Notes: generated by a model from the letters alone, not told the origin. A stretch of DNA of 64,000 nt from an uncultured Halobacteriales archaeon (GCA_964452895.1 CAYVRY010000001.1:525-64524), one strand, 5' to 3'. Counted from the first letter of the stretch, positions 20,235-29,814 are shown. Made by a program: numbers and translations.

Positions 20235-21086
20235 TTATCGTGCACCATGAGTAAGGGCCGTCTCCATGAAGCGGGTCAGATCGGAGGCCAATCGATCGGG
20301 TTCTTCCCAGTGGCATGCGTGACCCGTTCCCTCATAGACCGTGAGCCGGGCGTGCGGGATCGTGGCCTTCTGCAGTTCCTGGTCGCTGCGGGTACAGAAT
20401 CCGTCCTGGTCCCCCCAGATGATGAGGGTCGGGGCCTGGATCGTGTCCAGTTCTCTCGAAAGCGCGTCGTCCTTCAGGCTGCCGGCGGTCGCTGCTTGCC
20501 ATACGCGTAGGGGGACCTTCAGACTCTCGTGCATGATGGTTTCAAAGAACGCTTGCGGGACCGGCTTGGCGATCGTGCTTTGCTGGAACTCCCGCACGAA
20601 TTCCGGATCGGTCTCTTCCATGTTGGCGATTATCTGCCCTACCTCCTGTGCGGCTGGATTGTTCGGCAGGTCGGCGAACGAGCTGACGAGCACAACTCCA
20701 AGGGTCCGCTCGGGGTGGTCGACGGCGAACCGTTGGGCGTTGCAGCTGCCCATGGAATGGCCGACGACGACCGCTGCCTCCAGGCCGAGTGAATCCATGA
20801 ACGCGGCGACATCCGCCGCATAATCCGGGAAGCGGTAGCCCGTCTCGGGGCGGCTCGAGTCGCCGTGGCCCCTTTGCGTGAGGGCGAAGGCACGAACGGA
20901 CCGGGGCAGTCGCGACAAGACGAGTTCGAAGGACCGCCAGGAATCACTCAGGCCGTGCAGGAACACCACGGGGATCCCCGACGGGTCTCCCTGCTCGGCG
21001 TACTGGAGGCGGACTCCGGTGGAAAGTTCGACGGATTGGACCTTGGGCGGCGCCTGGTTTTGGGGTTTCGATTGTCCAACGGCCAT
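20235..21086 (-). CDS. alpha/beta-fold hydrolase
   Basis: HGLSDSW oxyanion region and nucleophile elbow VVGHSMGS. The start was moved to the ATG at 21086 (MAVGQSK...) because the upstream extension is Arg/Gly-rich junk. Confidence 0.75.
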   Translation of the reverse strand: MAVGQSKPQNQAPPKVQSVELSTGVRLQYAEQGDPSGIPVVFLHGLSDSWRSFELVLSRLPRSVRAFALTQRGHGDSSRPETGYRFPDYAADVAAFMDSLGLEAAVVVGHSMGSCNAQRFAVDHPERTLGVVLVSSFADLPNNPAAQEVGQIIANMEETDPEFVREFQQSTIAKPVPQAFFETIMHESLKVPLRVWQAATAGSLKDDALSRELDTIQAPTLIIWGDQDGFCTRSDQELQKATIPHARLTVYEGTGHACHWEEPDRLASDLTRFMETALTHGAR

Positions 21087-21120
21087 TGCATTCCCTCGCG
21101 TGTGCCGGACCACCAAAAAG

Positions 21121-21160
21121 GTAGACCGACCGACATATTCAGTAGACCGACCGTCATATT
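21121..21160. promoter_or_regulatory. two 19-bp direct repeats (GTAGACCGACCGACATATT / GTAGACCGACCGTCATATT): candidate TetR operator overlapping TATA box
   Basis: The repeats are seen directly at 21121-21139 and 21142-21160, in the 102-bp divergent intergenic region between the hydrolase (-) and TetR (+). The second repeat runs into the TATTTAATAG box about 28 nt before the TetR ATG. Confidence 0.5.
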
Positions 21161-21188
21161 TAATAGCTTTGTCACCCCATTGACTTTC

Positions 21189-21770
21189 ATGGGCTCCGAG
21201 ACCCGCGAAAGGATGGTCCAGACGACGGCCCGGCTTGTCATGAGCCAGGGGTTCCACGGCACGAGCCTCGCCGAGATCCTCGCAGCGAGCCAGGCGCCCC
21301 GCGGTTCGCTCTACTTCCACTTCCCCGGGGGAAAGGAAGAATTGATCCTGGCCGGGGCGCAGCACGCGATCGCCCAGGCCAGCAAGAACCTGCGGCACGC
21401 CTTTGCACAAGCCGCGGACGCCTCCGAAGGCGTCCGCCTCTTCTTCGATGGGCTCGTGGAGATGGAGCTCGACTCCCACTACCGCATCGGCTGCCCCGTC
21501 AACGCGCTCACTTCGGACACACCGGCCGACACGTCGCCCATCTCCGACGTATGCCGGGAAGGCATCCGGGAATGGGAACAGATCTACCGGGATGCGTTCG
21601 TGGCCGACGGCATCGCGCCAGCGCGGGCCGGGGAACTGGCCACCTTCGTGCTGGCCGCGGAAGAGGGCGCGATCCTCATGGCGCGCGCGCAACGAGAGAC
21701 CGGCCCCCTGGAATCGGTGCGCGACCAGCTGGCGACGATGATCCGCAACGAACCCAGAAGTCCCGCATGA
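21189..21770 (+). CDS. TetR/AcrR-family transcriptional regulator
   Basis: N-terminal HTH (RLVMSQGFHGTSLAEILAASQAPRGSLYFHFPGGKEEL). The start was moved to the ATG at 21189 (MGSETRE...). Confidence 0.8.
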   Translation: MGSETRERMVQTTARLVMSQGFHGTSLAEILAASQAPRGSLYFHFPGGKEELILAGAQHAIAQASKNLRHAFAQAADASEGVRLFFDGLVEMELDSHYRIGCPVNALTSDTPADTSPISDVCREGIREWEQIYRDAFVADGIAPARAGELATFVLAAEEGAILMARAQRETGPLESVRDQLATMIRNEPRSPA

Positions 21771-21789
21771 CCAAGGCCACGGCGCCTGC

Positions 21790-22839
21790 CTAATTGGACT
21801 CTCCGTGTTCGATCAGGAAGTTCACGCTCGTGGGCCAGTGTCCTCCATGGGTCTCCTTGACGAGGGTCACCGTGCGATCACCCGTCAAAAGCGGCAACAA
21901 TCCGTCGGGCAGTTCAGCGCGGTAAGGCGGGATTATTGCCACCCCCGTGTACACACCGGCCTGGTCGAGCACCTGGTGACCGCTCCACCACAGATGCTGG
22001 TTGATGAGCCAGGCCGTGGGGCTGCCGTCGAACCCGAGAAGCGCGTACACGTAGGGCATGGCGTGCACGGTGCCCACGTGTTCGTCGTCAATGTAGACCT
22101 TGAACCGCGGTGGTTCCGGTTCCCCCAACGCGCTGAGGTACCAGAACTCCCCGTCTTGGGTGTGCCCGCTTGTGAACAGTTCGATGGTCGCGCGCTCCAC
22201 CGGGGCGTCTCCGAAATCCAGGGAGGCGGTGTGCGTGCTTGTCCCGGAGACCCCGCGGAACGTGAAGGCGGATCGGACCGCTTCTGCGCGGGCGTCGCCC
22301 GCCGCCGCGGTGGGTTCCTGGTAGAACAGCAGGTCCGCGCTGACGAAGATCCCGGCGCCCACCCAGCTGTCGAGATACACGCTCACGTTCACTGCGGTCC
22401 CGTCGAACAGGGAGGCGTATTCCGTGAGGTCCTCGGTGATCTCGAAATCGCCGCGCGTGGTGGTGCCGTGCAGGACCTGCACGCCGTCAATGGCCGCCCG
22501 GAAGAGCCGGTCCCACGGATCGCCGCCGGGATGGTTCGGCCAGGAATGAAACCGCAGGAAGACCCGGTTCCACTGCACGTCTTCAAGCTCCACGGTGCTC
22601 GTGCGCGTGCCCGCGGTGAAACGCCATAGCTCCTCTTCGAACGCGCTCACCGTGGCCACGGGCTGAGTGACCGGGGGTGTATCGGGGCCCTGCTCGGGAA
22701 CGAGCACGGGTCCGCTTTCATCCCCGCCCGACCGGACGACCGACTCCGGCTCATTCATGGGAACAAGCCCGGCGTGTGCACTGCCCGGTACGATGATCAA
22801 GACGAACGCACAGACCGTGAGCAACCTACCCCGCACCAT
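21790..22839 (-). CDS. hypothetical secreted protein
   Basis: Signal peptide MVRGRLLTVCAFVLIIVPGSAHA and unbiased composition over 349 aa. Confidence 0.5.
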   Translation of the reverse strand: MVRGRLLTVCAFVLIIVPGSAHAGLVPMNEPESVVRSGGDESGPVLVPEQGPDTPPVTQPVATVSAFEEELWRFTAGTRTSTVELEDVQWNRVFLRFHSWPNHPGGDPWDRLFRAAIDGVQVLHGTTTRGDFEITEDLTEYASLFDGTAVNVSVYLDSWVGAGIFVSADLLFYQEPTAAAGDARAEAVRSAFTFRGVSGTSTHTASLDFGDAPVERATIELFTSGHTQDGEFWYLSALGEPEPPRFKVYIDDEHVGTVHAMPYVYALLGFDGSPTAWLINQHLWWSGHQVLDQAGVYTGVAIIPPYRAELPDGLLPLLTGDRTVTLVKETHGGHWPTSVNFLIEHGESN

Positions 22840-22921
22840 GGGCTGGGCAGATGCGGGTATCTGTTTAAGCGTACTGATTCATTTCAGACCGGCGCCCCGA
22901 TGCATTGACCGGATCGCGTCT

Positions 22922-24112
22922 TCACACATCCGGGTCCCGTCTGCGCCGTGGTTGCACGCCGCGTTTGGGGCCTTGCGAACTGCGTTTTTGCGCCAACGGC
23001 GAGTCGCGTCCTACCTTGCGGGCTGCGCCGCCGGTGGGTCCGCTGCGGCGTTTGCTGGGTGCTCCGCCGCTTCCCGGCGGGCCGCCGCCTTGACGCGCCC
23101 GGCCTCCACGGCGTCCGCGTCGGCGACGACCGCCGCCGCCTCTTCCCGGGCCGCCCTGTTGCGGGCCGCCGCCACCGCCACCACCGCCGCCACCGCCGCT
23201 GCGGCCGCGTCGGCGGCCACCGCGTCGTCCACGTCCAGGCGGAGCGATCCCCATCACGCGACGGACTTCGTTCTCGAACCGTCGGTCATACTTGGCGAGG
23301 GTCTCGTCGAGGTCTTCCTCGGGCGCGATCTCCGGGCGGGGTCCGAGCCGTTCCCGCACTTTCTTCTCCGCGTCTTCGCGGGTGATGCGTGGGCGCTTGG
23401 GGGCTTGTCGGTCGCGTCCGAACTCGCGTTCGTCACGCAGTTCCACCTCTTCTTCCCCTTCCGCCATCTCGGTGGTGATCATGTCGTCGTACGGGCTTGC
23501 TTCCATGGTGGTGGAGAACTCAGAACCGTAGAATGAATCGAGATCCTCGGGGTCTTCCTCGGGGGTCTCTTCTTTCGTTTCCGTCAAGGGAGCGTCTTGA
23601 GCCTGTGTCTCTGCATCCGGTTGCTGGACGGTTTTTTCCACTTGCTTCTTCACGGTCCGTTTCTTGGCGGTCGTCGCCGGCGCCGTTGTCGCCGTGGGCT
23701 CTGGCTGATGCACGGTTGTGGTTTCTTCGCCGTCGGTGCTCTGGGGCGCCATCTTGGCGGACGGTTTCTTGGCCGCGGTTTTCTTGGCGGACGACCCGCG
23801 CTTGCTGTGCCCTTGACCGTTTTTCATCGCGGGGGTCGCAGGAGACGTTTTCACCCCCTTGGCCGTCTCGCTGGCGGCGTGGCGGGCGCAGAAGGCACTG
23901 TCCTCCTGCGGCTTGAGCCGGCACTGGGTCCCTTTGACCGTGGTCGCTTGACAGGTGTCGGCCGTCGCCTTTGTCCGTTTCGCGGGCTTGGCCTTTTTTG
24001 CGGCTCGCGGGGTGCCAACCTTCTGGCGACCCCGTGGCCCCTTCTTACTGGTTACCAACAGGACAACTCCTGGGGTGGCGTCTGTTCGAAAGGCGCCTGG
24101 GTACTGGCGCAC
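22922..24112 (-). CDS. intrinsically disordered protein: Lys/Ala-rich basic N-region, acidic middle, C-terminal RGG/GAR-like Gly-Arg repeats
   Basis: A single 465-codon open frame with coherent charge blocks (AAKKAKPAKRTKA...; EETPEEDPEDLD...; GRGRRGGRRRGRSGGGGGGGGGGG...GRGGGGRRRRGRRGG). The track start at 24319 would overlap the divergent ABC gene, so a start at the GTG at 24112 or the ATG at 23827 is more likely. Confidence 0.4.
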   Translation of the reverse strand: MRQYPGAFRTDATPGVVLLVTSKKGPRGRQKVGTPRAAKKAKPAKRTKATADTCQATTVKGTQCRLKPQEDSAFCARHAASETAKGVKTSPATPAMKNGQGHSKRGSSAKKTAAKKPSAKMAPQSTDGEETTTVHQPEPTATTAPATTAKKRTVKKQVEKTVQQPDAETQAQDAPLTETKEETPEEDPEDLDSFYGSEFSTTMEASPYDDMITTEMAEGEEEVELRDEREFGRDRQAPKRPRITREDAEKKVRERLGPRPEIAPEEDLDETLAKYDRRFENEVRRVMGIAPPGRGRRGGRRRGRSGGGGGGGGGGGPQQGGPGRGGGGRRRRGRRGGRARQGGGPPGSGGAPSKRRSGPTGGAARKVGRDSPLAQKRSSQGPKRGVQPRRRRDPDV

Positions 24113-24166
24113 TCCGGTCTCGCCGGGTGCAGCCTGATTCCCTGTATTCCCCTGACTCTGCCGACC

Positions 24167-24174
24167 TATAAAAA
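24167..24174. promoter_or_regulatory. TATA box (TATAAAAA) in divergent intergenic region
   Basis: 30 nt upstream of the GTG start at 24200 of the ABC ATPase. The near-palindromic box could also serve the divergent disordered-protein gene. Confidence 0.45.
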
Positions 24175-24199
24175 CAATCGGGTACGCGCTTGGCGTCGT

Positions 24200-25258
24200 G
24201 TGCGCCCCAAAGAGGTTTTCAGCGGACCCTTTATCCGCGCCAGCGTGCCGGATCAAAGATTCGCTGTTCAGGTGAAGGATCTTGTCAAGGAGTATCCGAA
24301 ACCCGATGGGTCGTCGCAATCATCGTTTCGTGCAGTGGACTCGTTGAGTCTGTCGATCCCGAAGGGTGGGTTCTATGGGCTTCTGGGTCCCAACGGGGCG
24401 GGCAAGACGACGACGATCCGGATCTTGACGGGGCTCGCGCGCCGGACCAGTGGAGAGGCACGCGTGGGGGGCCTGGACGTGCGCAAGGACTTCCGGACCA
24501 CGCGGCGCATGATCGGGCTGGCGCCGCAGGAGTTCGACTTCGACCAGTTCCTGACGACCCAGCAGGTCTTGTTCTACCATGGTCTCTATTTCGAGATGAG
24601 CCGGCGGCATGCCCGTGCGAACGCCGCGGCGTTGCTGGAGCGGTTCGGGTTGTTGCACAAGCGGGACGTGCGGGTGATCCACCTCTCCGGGGGACAAAAG
24701 AGGCGTCTGTTGATCGCCAAGGCGCTGATGCATGAACCGGACCTGTTGGTCCTGGATGAACCCACGGCGGGCATCGACGTCTCGTTGCGACGTGACCTGT
24801 GGGATTATCTGCGCGAGCAGAAGAGCCAAGGACGCACGATCTTGTTGACGACGCACTACATCGAGGAGGCGGAGGCCTTGTGCGACCAGGTGGGGATCAT
24901 CGATCAGGGACGGTTGGTGGCCGAGGGCACGCCGGGGGAGCTGTCCGCGCGCTCCGGGAGCGACAAGGTCCGGGTGGCCCTCGCCGAGCCACTTGTGCAG
25001 GACGTGGCTGCGCTTTCCGAGAGACTGGGGATGCAGGTCTGGCTGGAGGAGGACGGCAATCTGCTTGTGGCGCAAGGGGGCCGCGGGGGGCGTGTGGCCA
25101 CGCAGCTTCTGGAAGGCCTCGTGGGCCAGGGGATCCGCGTGGAAAGCCTGGAGATCAGCCGGCAGAGCCTGGAGGATGCGTTCGTGCAATTGACCGGGTT
25201 GCGGCTCGACGAGCGGGGGGAGATCTCGCAGCGGCGCGAAGCGGGAGGCAACGTCTGA
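24200..25258 (+). CDS. ABC transporter ATP-binding protein
   Basis: Walker A GPNGAGKTT, signature LSGGQKRRL and Walker B LLVLDEPTAGID. The GTG start at 24200 is chosen from the TATA spacing. Confidence 0.85.
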   Translation: MRPKEVFSGPFIRASVPDQRFAVQVKDLVKEYPKPDGSSQSSFRAVDSLSLSIPKGGFYGLLGPNGAGKTTTIRILTGLARRTSGEARVGGLDVRKDFRTTRRMIGLAPQEFDFDQFLTTQQVLFYHGLYFEMSRRHARANAAALLERFGLLHKRDVRVIHLSGGQKRRLLIAKALMHEPDLLVLDEPTAGIDVSLRRDLWDYLREQKSQGRTILLTTHYIEEAEALCDQVGIIDQGRLVAEGTPGELSARSGSDKVRVALAEPLVQDVAALSERLGMQVWLEEDGNLLVAQGGRGGRVATQLLEGLVGQGIRVESLEISRQSLEDAFVQLTGLRLDERGEISQRREAGGNV

Positions 25259-25268
25259 TGGGAGGATT

Positions 25269-26030
25269 GTGCTGATGCGGGGCTGGGTCGCGGTGATGGA
25301 ACGGGAGATCCTGCGCTACATGAAGGTGTGGACGCAGACCATTGTCCCTCCGGTCCTTCAGGCGGTGCTGTTTATCTTGATCTTCGGGCAGGCGCTCGGG
25401 CCGCGGATCCGGGAGGTCGAGGGCGTGGCGTACCTGGATTTCATCGCGCCGGGTCTCGTGATGCTCGGCATCGTGAACGCCTCCTACCAGAACTCGGCGA
25501 CGTCGCTCTACGATTCCCGGATGCGGGGCTACATCGAGGACGTCTTGACGGCCCCGGTGTCGGATTTCGAGCTCGCGTCGGCGTATGTGCTCGGCGCGGC
25601 TTCCCGCGGGGTGCTGGTGGGCCTGGGCACCATCGCGATCGTCCTGATGTTCACGAGCCTTCCCTGGACGAACATCTTCCTGGTGGGTTTCTACATGGTG
25701 GCGGTGAGCGTGATCTTCGCCTGCCTGGGATGTTGGTTCGGACTGTGGGGCCGCCTCTGGGACCACGTGTTCCTGCCGGTGACCTTCCTGTTCATGCCGC
25801 TTACGTTCCTTGGTGGGGTCTTCTACAGCATCAAGATGCTGCCGCAGGGGGCGGCGAACGTGTCCATGTTCAACCCCATGTTCTACATGGTGAACGGGAT
25901 CCGCTACTCCATGGTCGGTGTGAGCGACGCGAACGTGCTCGCGGGCACGTTGGGGATCGGTCTCGCGGCGGTGGGTTGTTTCGTGTTTACCGTGGTGTTG
26001 TTCAAGAGCGGGTACCGGCTCAGGTCGTAA
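25269..26030 (+). CDS. ABC-2 family transporter permease
   Basis: 6-TM ABC-2 type permease 11 nt after the ATPase stop (GTG start at 25269 or ATG at 25275). Confidence 0.8.
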   Translation: MLMRGWVAVMEREILRYMKVWTQTIVPPVLQAVLFILIFGQALGPRIREVEGVAYLDFIAPGLVMLGIVNASYQNSATSLYDSRMRGYIEDVLTAPVSDFELASAYVLGAASRGVLVGLGTIAIVLMFTSLPWTNIFLVGFYMVAVSVIFACLGCWFGLWGRLWDHVFLPVTFLFMPLTFLGGVFYSIKMLPQGAANVSMFNPMFYMVNGIRYSMVGVSDANVLAGTLGIGLAAVGCFVFTVVLFKSGYRLRS

Positions 26031-26048
26031 GCGGCCAGACGCACTCGC

Positions 26049-27833
26049 TCACGGCCGTTTTCCCCACGGCACCTTCATGGTGGCCTCCGGGTCGGTCCAA
26101 TGCAACGATACGCTCGTCCCTTCCGGTCCCAGGTGGATCGTGTTCGTGGCGCGGCCGGCGGTCTCGGCGGGCACGATCCCGGTGGGGTTGTAGCAGCCTC
26201 CTCGGTGGTCGTCCCAGCAGTGCGGCTCCCCGGCGAGTCCGTTCGTATTGGCGGAGTCCTGACTGGCGATGACGAGCGCGACCCGGTGGCCCGCCTCGAC
26301 GACCACGGCGCTGGGCATGAGCTGTATGTCCCATTCGTACACGCTGCCCGGTTCCATGTCGAGCCATTCGTCCTCGGCCCCCCAGGAGTGGCTGTCCGCG
26401 TAGCCGTGACTGATCCATTCCCAGGACCCGTCGGGTGCCTCGTCGAGCAGGTAGGCGACCCATTTCGTCTCGGCTTCGTCGCTGGATGCGAGCAGGTGCA
26501 CGGTGGGCGCACCGTTGACGAGGCGGGCCGCGTCGAGGGGTTCGGTGCGGAAGGCCACATGGGCGTCCTCCCATCGGCCCCGGTTCACGCCGTTTTTGTC
26601 CATATAGGACACGTCGCCCTCCTCGACGGCGCTCGGGGTCAAGCCGCCGTCCGCGCTCGCGTTCAATTGCACCGGCTCGCTGGGTTCCAGCGGCCACTGT
26701 TGTCCTTCGTGCCAGGTCCCCGTCGAGTCTTCCACCAAGACGCGGGGTTCGCCCCACAGGCCGTTGTCGTGCTCAAAGAGCGTCCCGTCCAGCCACCGGT
26801 GCCGCACCTTCTCGAAATCCTCGGCCGGGTGGTCTTCCATGTCGGGCCATCCGTGGTACCACCAACCCATGATCATGTACTTCGGGAAGTCGTCAGGAAG
26901 AACGTCCCAGTAGAGCTGGGAGTGGTCGGGGTGGACGTTGAGGTCCACGAAGCCGTGTGTGAGAAGGATCGGTGCTTGCGCCAGGTGGGCGTGCCGGGAA
27001 AGGTCCCGGTCGGACCACAACTCGGTGAAGGGGCCTTCCACCTGGGCGTACTGGACGAGGGTCTCGCCGGTGCACGGGGCGGCTTGTGCACTCAGGCCCT
27101 CCAGGTCGAGGTACATCGCCGGTTGAAGTTCGACCACCTGGTAGAACTCGTTGATCTGTTCAAGCCGTGCGCCCTGCAGCCACTGGTCTTGATAGTAGCT
27201 GACGACCGGTGCGTGGGCAAGGGCGGCACCCAGATCCTCGTCGGCGGCGTGGGCGACGACGGACCCCATGCCCGGATGGCTCACGCCGTCCGTGACGATG
27301 ACATCATTGCTCCAGGGTTGGGATCGGATCCATTCCGTGAACACGCGGGCGTCCGAGCGGTCCTTGGAACCACCGAAGTCCAGGCAACCTTCGGACCCGT
27401 TCGTCCCGCGGGCGTCCGCCTCTACGTAGGCCGCGCCCCGCAGTACATAATCGGCCCATGATGGAGTAGGTCCAGAGACGCCTTCGACCGGGTCCGAGGT
27501 CCGCCCCGATTGGTAGGGTGTGAGCTGTAGGAGTGTGGGCAACCGGGCATCGGGTTCAAGCCCCGCCGGCAGGTGGAGACTCAAGGACAACCGGGTGCCG
27601 TCTTCCGCTTCGATGTAGACGACCGAACTGTCGATCGCATCGTGGATCGGTTCACTGAGATTGCCGAGCCACGCCTCGGGGGCGACGCGTTCGGTGGCGG
27701 TGTCTTCGTCCGTGGGCTCTGACCCATTGTCCGTGTTCCCGAAGCAACCGGCGAGCACGACGGACGTGACCAGAATGACCATGAAGGAAGGGTTTTGCAT
27801 CATCGCACCAGCAACAATCCAACCCAAGACCAT
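26049..27833 (-). CDS. S15-family (CocE/NonD, X-Pro dipeptidyl-peptidase-like) hydrolase, lipoprotein
   Basis: LTPY motif and GVSHPG nucleophile elbow (the GxSYxG class). The N-terminus carries an archaeal-lipobox-like LAGC signal (VILVTSVVLAGCFG). Confidence 0.7.
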   Translation of the reverse strand: MVLGWIVAGAMMQNPSFMVILVTSVVLAGCFGNTDNGSEPTDEDTATERVAPEAWLGNLSEPIHDAIDSSVVYIEAEDGTRLSLSLHLPAGLEPDARLPTLLQLTPYQSGRTSDPVEGVSGPTPSWADYVLRGAAYVEADARGTNGSEGCLDFGGSKDRSDARVFTEWIRSQPWSNDVIVTDGVSHPGMGSVVAHAADEDLGAALAHAPVVSYYQDQWLQGARLEQINEFYQVVELQPAMYLDLEGLSAQAAPCTGETLVQYAQVEGPFTELWSDRDLSRHAHLAQAPILLTHGFVDLNVHPDHSQLYWDVLPDDFPKYMIMGWWYHGWPDMEDHPAEDFEKVRHRWLDGTLFEHDNGLWGEPRVLVEDSTGTWHEGQQWPLEPSEPVQLNASADGGLTPSAVEEGDVSYMDKNGVNRGRWEDAHVAFRTEPLDAARLVNGAPTVHLLASSDEAETKWVAYLLDEAPDGSWEWISHGYADSHSWGAEDEWLDMEPGSVYEWDIQLMPSAVVVEAGHRVALVIASQDSANTNGLAGEPHCWDDHRGGCYNPTGIVPAETAGRATNTIHLGPEGTSVSLHWTDPEATMKVPWGKRP

Positions 27834-27934
27834 GCTGGCTTATAAGCGTTCTTGGACCGGGTCAACGGTTCGATGCAGGGGCGCATATTCTGCCTCCATG
27901 CGTCTTGGATCGGTTTTCCTTTCGAGTCCATGGG

Positions 27935-28861
27935 CTAGACGGGGACGGTCCATTGGGTCGGTGCGGTCTCCAGTTGCAGGTTGAACCCCCCGTCCGAGGT
28001 GAGATCGAGGATCCGTTCAATGGTAGGCCCTTGTTCCAGTACCACGCCGGCAACGGGCGTGAGCCCGGCGGTGTGGATCCCGGCGGCGCGACCGTCGCCG
28101 TAGACGAGCGGGGCGCCGGAGTCGCCGCCGGAACCGACGCCGTTCCAGGAGAGTGTGTTGCTGGAGGACAGGAACTCGTCATGGATTCGGGCTCTGGATG
28201 CGGCGGCGATGCTCGTGGCGCTGCCCCAGCCGTATTCCAGCAGGAGATCGGTGTCCAGGAGCGATCCGGGGGAGCCGATTCCCGTAGGCCCGCCCCAGGT
28301 GCATAGGGCCGGGTCCACGTCGTCGTGGTGTTGCGCGTCGATCTTGATCAGGGCGAAGTCGTTGGCGATCGCGCTGGGGTTGTTTTCCCAGCCGTCGAAG
28401 ACGACCGCTCCGAAGTCGCCGACGCCCGCGGCCGACACGCGTTGACCGGTGCCGCCCACGCAGTGCGCGGCGGTGCCGATGAAGAGGTCGCCTCCTTGGC
28501 TGAAGACGAAGTTCAACGTGCAGCCGCTCGGGGCCGTCATGCGCGCCCCGGGACGCAGTCCTTGGCACGCTTCGAACGACGGAAGGGTTTGGCCCAGCGG
28601 CACGACCGGTCCGTCAAGCGGGTCACTCGTCCGCTCTGGCGCGTGAGGCGCCGGACCGACAAGTCCCTCTTCCCGGCAATCCTTCGGCGTCCATTGGGAC
28701 CTGAGCACGAGATGGCCCCCGGTCGCCCCGGCCTGCATGATGAGCGGTTCGTCATGCCCGGCGGGCGACGAAGCGGCGAGGGGAGCCTCAGTGGCACCCG
28801 CCGTCAAGGCGAGCAACAGGATCAACGCGGCCGCGGTCTGGAAGGCGAAGATTTTCTGCAT
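27935..28861 (-). CDS. secreted trypsin-like (S1) serine protease
   Basis: Signal peptide; catalytic motifs TAAHC (His), DFALIKI (Asp) and GDSGAP (Ser). Confidence 0.8.
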   Translation of the reverse strand: MQKIFAFQTAAALILLLALTAGATEAPLAASSPAGHDEPLIMQAGATGGHLVLRSQWTPKDCREEGLVGPAPHAPERTSDPLDGPVVPLGQTLPSFEACQGLRPGARMTAPSGCTLNFVFSQGGDLFIGTAAHCVGGTGQRVSAAGVGDFGAVVFDGWENNPSAIANDFALIKIDAQHHDDVDPALCTWGGPTGIGSPGSLLDTDLLLEYGWGSATSIAAASRARIHDEFLSSSNTLSWNGVGSGGDSGAPLVYGDGRAAGIHTAGLTPVAGVVLEQGPTIERILDLTSDGGFNLQLETAPTQWTVPV

Positions 28862-29073
28862 GGGCCCACCGGAAGTTCAGGATGGCGATGGGGGGGTTAT
28901 GGTTTGTGATTTCATTCGAGTATTCGGGATGCAGAAGGCGTATTAGCTACCGGAGAGCGGCCAATTATGCTTACTAGGGGTTGGGGGCTGCGTTCATTGC
29001 GTTCATGGCGTTCGTGCAAAACGCTGAAAACCGGCGCGGTCTCGCGGCAAGGGAGATGCATCGCCATGGCACG

Positions 29074-29490
29074 ATGAAGGGGCGCTGGAAGGCGCTGGCG
29101 TTCGGCGCCCTCTGGGTGCTGCTCGGCTTCGCGCTCGCCCGGCCCGGATGGCGGGCGGTGTTCCAGGGACCCGTGCCGCAACCGCCTGGTGGCTGGGAGG
29201 CCCTGATGATCTTCGGCGGTGGGGCCTTGATCCTGGTGGGTCTGATCCTCGGCTTGACGCCGCACATCATCTGGGCGATGCGGGCGTTCTACAAGGAGGA
29301 TTTTGCCCCCGATGCGCGCTGCCCGGTCATGGTGGTCTGCCCGTCGTGCCGGGAATACAACAACCGGGCCCGGCTCCGCTGTGCGGCGTGCACCGTGGAA
29401 CTGGCCGGAGCGAAGTCGGCAAGCGGCGGCGGGGACCCGTTCTCAGGTACGGGGGACGCCTCGTTGCACGGCGATCCGCACAAACCGTGA
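29074..29490 (+). CDS. hypothetical membrane protein with C-terminal double CxxC zinc ribbon
   Basis: Two TM helices followed by CPVMVVCPSC...RCAACT. The start was set at Met32 of the track ORF. Confidence 0.35.
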   Translation: MKGRWKALAFGALWVLLGFALARPGWRAVFQGPVPQPPGGWEALMIFGGGALILVGLILGLTPHIIWAMRAFYKEDFAPDARCPVMVVCPSCREYNNRARLRCAACTVELAGAKSASGGGDPFSGTGDASLHGDPHKP

Positions 29491-29501
29491 GCGTCGCGCC
29501 T

Positions 29502-29804
29502 TCACTCGAACATGGCGCCCATGCCTTCGGCGGCGCTTTCCTCTTCTGCGGTGATCGCGTCGGAGACCTTGGCGGCCTGGTCCTTTGGCAGCGCCCGGCC
29601 GATCATTTTGGATTCGAAGAGTTCCTTGGCGCGTTGGACCCCTTCCTCCTGTCCGGCCACGACGACGTAGACGCAGTCTTCCTCCATGCCCAACGCGTTC
29701 GAGTCCCGCGTGGTGATGCTCAACCGGGAGACGATCTCGTCCTGGGTGATTTCCGGAATCTGTGCGGCCTTGGATCGGTCGATCTTGAATACGGTCTCGG
29801 TCAT
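29502..29804 (-). CDS. hypothetical 100-aa protein with acidic ribosomal-stalk-like C-terminal tail
   Basis: Compact unbiased ORF ending ...AITAEEESAAEGMGAMFE. No family recognised for the body. Confidence 0.45.
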   Translation of the reverse strand: MTETVFKIDRSKAAQIPEITQDEIVSRLSITTRDSNALGMEEDCVYVVVAGQEEGVQRAKELFESKMIGRALPKDQAAKVSDAITAEEESAAEGMGAMFE

Positions 29805-29814
29805 GGATTGGCTC

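Noticed and set aside
22667-23536. 289-aa plus-strand Ala/Ser-rich ORF
   Set aside because: It overlaps both the secreted protein (21790-22839) and the long disordered-protein ORF. It reads as the polyA/S frame of a GC-rich tract.
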